28,040 nucleotides of DNA, from NCBI GenBank assembly GCA_019058365.1, contig JAHPZE010000043.1:1-28040 (forward strand), in the 5' to 3' direction. Positions within the stretch are counted from its first letter, which is position 1. Every line of letters starts with the position of its first letter. The notes under the pieces are model-generated. The model saw only the letters and a list, made by a program, of their open reading frames with translations. It searched no databases and was not told the DNA's origin. The stretch is from Promethearchaeota archaeon. Its GTDB lineage: Archaea; Asgardarchaeota; Lokiarchaeia; Sigyniarchaeales; SOKP01. Of this stretch, positions 25,041-28,040 are shown in pieces. The position numbers and the translations under genes are program-made.

Positions 25041-25257
25041 TTATGCTGAGTTTATTTATTATATTAACATTATGACATGTTAGAATATTTAAATTTCGCA
25101 TTCTAATCTTATACAATCTTAAAAGTGTAACAAAGAGGATAATAACTCAAAAATGGCAATATTGGTTGATATCCTCAGATAATTTGGAAAGTTTATTAAA
25201 AAATTTTAAAAATTTATCTGATTTCTGTTTCAAGAATAATTTTCAATTTTGTAAAAA

Positions 25258-25275
25258 GAAAAAAAGATTTATAAA
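25258..25275 (+). promoter_or_regulatory. Archaeal BRE/TATA promoter of the subtilase gene
   Basis: GAAAAAAAGA followed by TTTATAAA at 25268-25275, 199 bp before the ATG exactly as in copy 1. Confidence 0.65.
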
Positions 25276-25301
25276 TTTGTCAACATAATAAATTCTCAAC
25301 A

Positions 25302-25432
25302 AAATTGTCTAAAATTTCAGTGGGTGAAAACCATTTGGAGAAATTTAATGACTTTTTGGTTTTGTTCGTAATATCTTGAAAAACTATAAGATTATGGATA
25401 TTTGAACTGTAAAAATGGAAAAGAATAGTTAA
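25302..25432 (+). ncRNA. Candidate structured cis-regulatory 5' leader RNA, copy 2 (P1 25302-25356, P2 25364-25407)
   Basis: Same pairing register as copy 1, with structure-preserving substitutions. Confidence 0.7.
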
Positions 25433-25466
25433 TAATTTACTAAAAAAAAAATAAGATGAGAAAAAA

Positions 25467-27938
25467 ATGAGAAAAAAACAAATTATTTTAATACTAGTAG
25501 TCTTCACACTTTTAAATGTAGTTAGTTTTCCTTTCGTTTTCGCAGAACCACAGAAAATTTCTTCTGACTTAGAAGATGAGCTATCAAGACTTGATGCAGG
25601 TTCTATTGATGCAGGTTCTATTAACGTCCTTATTGAAACATATGATTATGATTATACCTCAATTGTATCATATATTGAGTTTTTTGGAGGTGTAGTAACA
25701 AACGAATTTAAATATGCATCTGGTTTAGCTGCAGAAATTCCTATTAACGCAATTGAAAATTTGAAAGATCTTTCTAATGTTAAAAAGATATCTAAAGATG
25801 AAATTCGCCAGTTTAGTTCCTCTACACCTATATTCGGTAATGAAGAATTGGATGACTATATTTTTAGTGAAACAGAGCTTTCAATGGATGGAAGAGAAGT
25901 AATTAGCCTATCCACATCTGAAATAACAAAGATATTTGATAGTGTGCCTGAGACATACTGGAATTACCTTTCTATGAATGCTTGGTCTGTTTGGGAATCT
26001 GGTTATATGGGACAAGATTCTTTGGCTGTTATTATCGACACTGGAGTGTATGATCAACATATCATGATACAACACGCGGTTATAGGTGGTATAGATCTAA
26101 GTCCTGACTCAGAAACTCCAGGAAATCCAGATTGGAATAGTCCTCTTAATCATTGGCATGGAACTCATTGTGCCGGTATTCTAGCTGGTGATGTTGCGCT
26201 TATAGTGCCAGAAAGTGATATATTATATCAATCCTATGAATTATATACTGGTATATCCATACCCGCATCTGTTGTCGACCCTGGATATTCAGAAAATTAT
26301 TATGTCATCCCTTTATTAGGCATGGCACCAGAGGCACAGATCTTTGGCATAAAAGTATTTCCTTCTAGTGGTGCAGGTGTTCCCACATCGTATATTATTA
26401 ATGCTATTGAATATGCCATAGGGATGCATGAATCTGGTGATTATGATGTGGATGTTATAAGTATGAGTTTAGGAGGTGGAACTGGGTATGATGGACGAGA
26501 TCTCGAAGCTCAAACTGTAGACTATGCAACTTCAATAGGTATTACTGTTGTTACCTCTGCTGGTAATGATGGTCCTGCTTCATTGACGGTTGGTAGTCCA
26601 GGGTGTGCTAATACAGCCATTGCTGTTGGAGCCGTCGCTGATCCTGTCAATACAAGAATCTATTGGGACGTAATGTATGATTGGTATGGTCTTGGATATT
26701 ATCTCTTTACTAGTGAAACTCCACAAGTTATTTACTTTAGTAGTCGTGGAACAACATCAGATGGACGACTAAAACCAGAATTATGTGCAACAGGAGTATA
26801 TGTGTTATCATCATATATAGATCCTTTAGATCCAAGTCCTTACGGTTTCGCTTGGGCTTCTGGTACCTCAATGGCCTGTCCAGCAGTTGCGGGAGCAGTA
26901 GCACTTCTTAACAGTTGGGGTGAATGGGAAGGTGCTTCTCCTTATGATTATAAACAAGCTTTAATGGATGGAGCAATATGGATGGAAGGTTATGATGAAA
27001 ATGACCAAGGAGCAGGTAATTTAAATGCATACCAATCTTGGCTTTCATTAATTAATGATGATTCTCTAGGAGATGATCACCCAGGACTTAGAAAATGTTA
27101 TAGAAGAAGCCCTGTTCGACCAAATGGTATTAATACACACATTTCTGAGAAAGGTCGCTTCACATATTATTTAAAAGAAATGGAACCAGGACATCCACTT
27201 GAATTTTACTTGCTTGTTACTGAAAAAACGAAAAGTATAACAATAATTCTCTCGCATATAGACTTAGGTGATGATCCATTATTGATGAATAGTTTTGAAC
27301 TCTCTGTTCAGAGTGCTGTAAGAACGGGCTATGATTATCATGTTGAGAGCTTTAATATAAATGGTACTACTACAGTTGAGATTGAAGATTATAGTGTTAC
27401 ATGGACAGAAGATAATATATGGGGAACCGATTATTACCAAGAAACACCACTCCAACCTGGATATTATAAAGTTTGTGTGGAGAATGATTGGACTAGTTAT
27501 GATGTCCTTTCAGGCAAATTGGAGATTATCGTAGAAAAAGATATGCCTTGCTGGGATCATCATCATTGCTGGGGTCATCATCATTGCTGCTGTCATTGCC
27601 ATTGGAAATATATTAATTTTCCAGATGAAACTTATAAAGGTACAATTACAACTGACGAGGCAATAGGATGGATTCCTATCGGAGCTGGTGATGATGGTGT
27701 TATAGTAGAGCTATGGTGGAAGAATGATTGGACTAGATATCCAACTAGTGATTTAGATATGGTGGTTGCATGGTTTGATACAGATGACAACTTACATTAT
27801 GAATATGCTGCTGGTGGTTCTCTTAGATCACCTGAAGGGGTATATTTACCTGATGCAGTTGCGGCATACATCCTAATTTTTGGATATGAGACTTATGGAG
27901 TCAAAGAACATTGGAAATTGTATGTTTGGTATCAATAA
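25467..27938 (+). CDS. Secreted S8 subtilisin-like serine protease (signal peptide, I9-like propeptide, catalytic domain, C-terminal beta domains with a His/Cys/Trp-rich insert)
   Basis: Triad IIDTG / HGTHCAG / GTSMACP, oxyanion SAGNDG, FSSRG; insert CWDHHHCWGHHHCCCHCHW; no C-terminal transmembrane anchor. Confidence 0.93.
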   Translation: MRKKQIILILVVFTLLNVVSFPFVFAEPQKISSDLEDELSRLDAGSIDAGSINVLIETYDYDYTSIVSYIEFFGGVVTNEFKYASGLAAEIPINAIENLKDLSNVKKISKDEIRQFSSSTPIFGNEELDDYIFSETELSMDGREVISLSTSEITKIFDSVPETYWNYLSMNAWSVWESGYMGQDSLAVIIDTGVYDQHIMIQHAVIGGIDLSPDSETPGNPDWNSPLNHWHGTHCAGILAGDVALIVPESDILYQSYELYTGISIPASVVDPGYSENYYVIPLLGMAPEAQIFGIKVFPSSGAGVPTSYIINAIEYAIGMHESGDYDVDVISMSLGGGTGYDGRDLEAQTVDYATSIGITVVTSAGNDGPASLTVGSPGCANTAIAVGAVADPVNTRIYWDVMYDWYGLGYYLFTSETPQVIYFSSRGTTSDGRLKPELCATGVYVLSSYIDPLDPSPYGFAWASGTSMACPAVAGAVALLNSWGEWEGASPYDYKQALMDGAIWMEGYDENDQGAGNLNAYQSWLSLINDDSLGDDHPGLRKCYRRSPVRPNGINTHISEKGRFTYYLKEMEPGHPLEFYLLVTEKTKSITIILSHIDLGDDPLLMNSFELSVQSAVRTGYDYHVESFNINGTTTVEIEDYSVTWTEDNIWGTDYYQETPLQPGYYKVCVENDWTSYDVLSGKLEIIVEKDMPCWDHHHCWGHHHCCCHCHWKYINFPDETYKGTITTDEAIGWIPIGAGDDGVIVELWWKNDWTRYPTSDLDMVVAWFDTDDNLHYEYAAGGSLRSPEGVYLPDAVAAYILIFGYETYGVKEHWKLYVWYQ
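25591..25620 (+). repeat. Perfect in-frame 15-bp tandem duplication in the subtilase propeptide
   Basis: TTGATGCAGGTTCTA x2, giving LDAGSIDAGSI. Confidence 0.9.
27549..27605 (+). repeat. 18-nt repeat (TGCTGGGRTCATCATCAT x2) and Cys/His run encoding the internal metal-binding-like tract
   Basis: 19 aa containing 8 His, 6 Cys and 3 Trp. Confidence 0.9.
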
Positions 27939-27972
27939 GGTAATATAATTACCATCTAAAATTTTTTTTTTT
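27939..27972 (+). terminator. Hairpin + oligo-T terminator after the subtilase gene
   Basis: GGTAAT-ATA-ATTACC (27939-27953) followed by T11 (27962-27972). Confidence 0.7.
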
Positions 27973-28040
27973 ACTTATTATTTTGTGAATATGATCCCTA
28001 AAAACTAGTAAATTATTTAAGATTTAGGATTGAGAACGAC

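Larger units (their letters stand above)
25240..25531 (+). repeat. Shared protease front-end cassette, copy 2
   Basis: See copy 1. Identical blocks include TTTTCAATTTTGT, CATAATAAA, AGAAATTT, GACTTTTTGG, GTAATAT, AAAAATGGAAAAG, ATAAGATGA and ATGAGAAAAAAAC. Confidence 0.93.

Noticed and set aside
25347-25400. AUGA...AA...GA SECIS-like pattern, and GAAA/AAACCA resemblance to c-di-GMP riboswitches, in leader copy 2
   Set aside because: AUGA and the GAAA tetraloop are not conserved in copy 1, the stems do not fit those consensus folds, and neither protease has an in-frame TGA. An Rfam scan is still needed for certainty.
24925-25507. Minus-strand hydrophobic ORFs 24925-25116 and 25280-25507
   Set aside because: Antisense to AT-rich signal-peptide/leader sequence, with composition-driven Phe/Ile richness; the ORF track shows no equivalent ORF in leader copy 1.
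21698-25531. Composite transposon or MITE flanked by the two direct repeats
   Set aside because: No transposase, terminal inverted repeats or target-site duplications; the repeats are ~73% identical and correspond to promoter/leader/signal function.

Overview
AT-rich archaeal chromosomal segment, most consistent with an Asgard archaeon (Lokiarchaeia/Promethearchaeia). This is an inference from BRE/TATA promoters, oligo-T terminators, a DUF35 protein, a HEAT+LRR protein and a Loki-CTERM-like anchor. Positions 1-21.3 kb are metabolic: an Fe-S protein, acyl-CoA ligase, QueG-like reductase, CTP synthase, crotonase, acyl-CoA dehydrogenase, Zn-alcohol dehydrogenase, membrane-anchored beta-propeller, ThDP enzyme, HEAT-LRR protein, DUF35, a four-subunit 2-oxoacid:ferredoxin oxidoreductase whose delta-alpha-beta genes run directly into an HdrA-MvhD fusion, a PaaI thioesterase and an ADP-forming acyl-CoA synthetase alpha subunit. 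The most unusual part is 21.5-28 kb. Two non-homologous secreted proteases (an HEXXH zinc metalloprotease and an S8 subtilase) each sit behind a colinear ~290-bp homologous front end: promoter, a long (~170 nt predicted) 5' leader folding into two hairpins with compensatory and G-U-consistent substitutions, a tiny MEK uORF and a signal peptide. Both proteases also carry a Trp/His/Cys-rich (W-x(0-1)-HHH) tract. A triple palindromic operator array precedes the first copy, and a decayed prenyltransferase-repeat pseudogene plus a relic third front end lie between them. This looks like a candidate undescribed RNA-regulated, metal-tagged secreted-protease system. No rRNA, tRNA, CRISPR array or transposase was seen.
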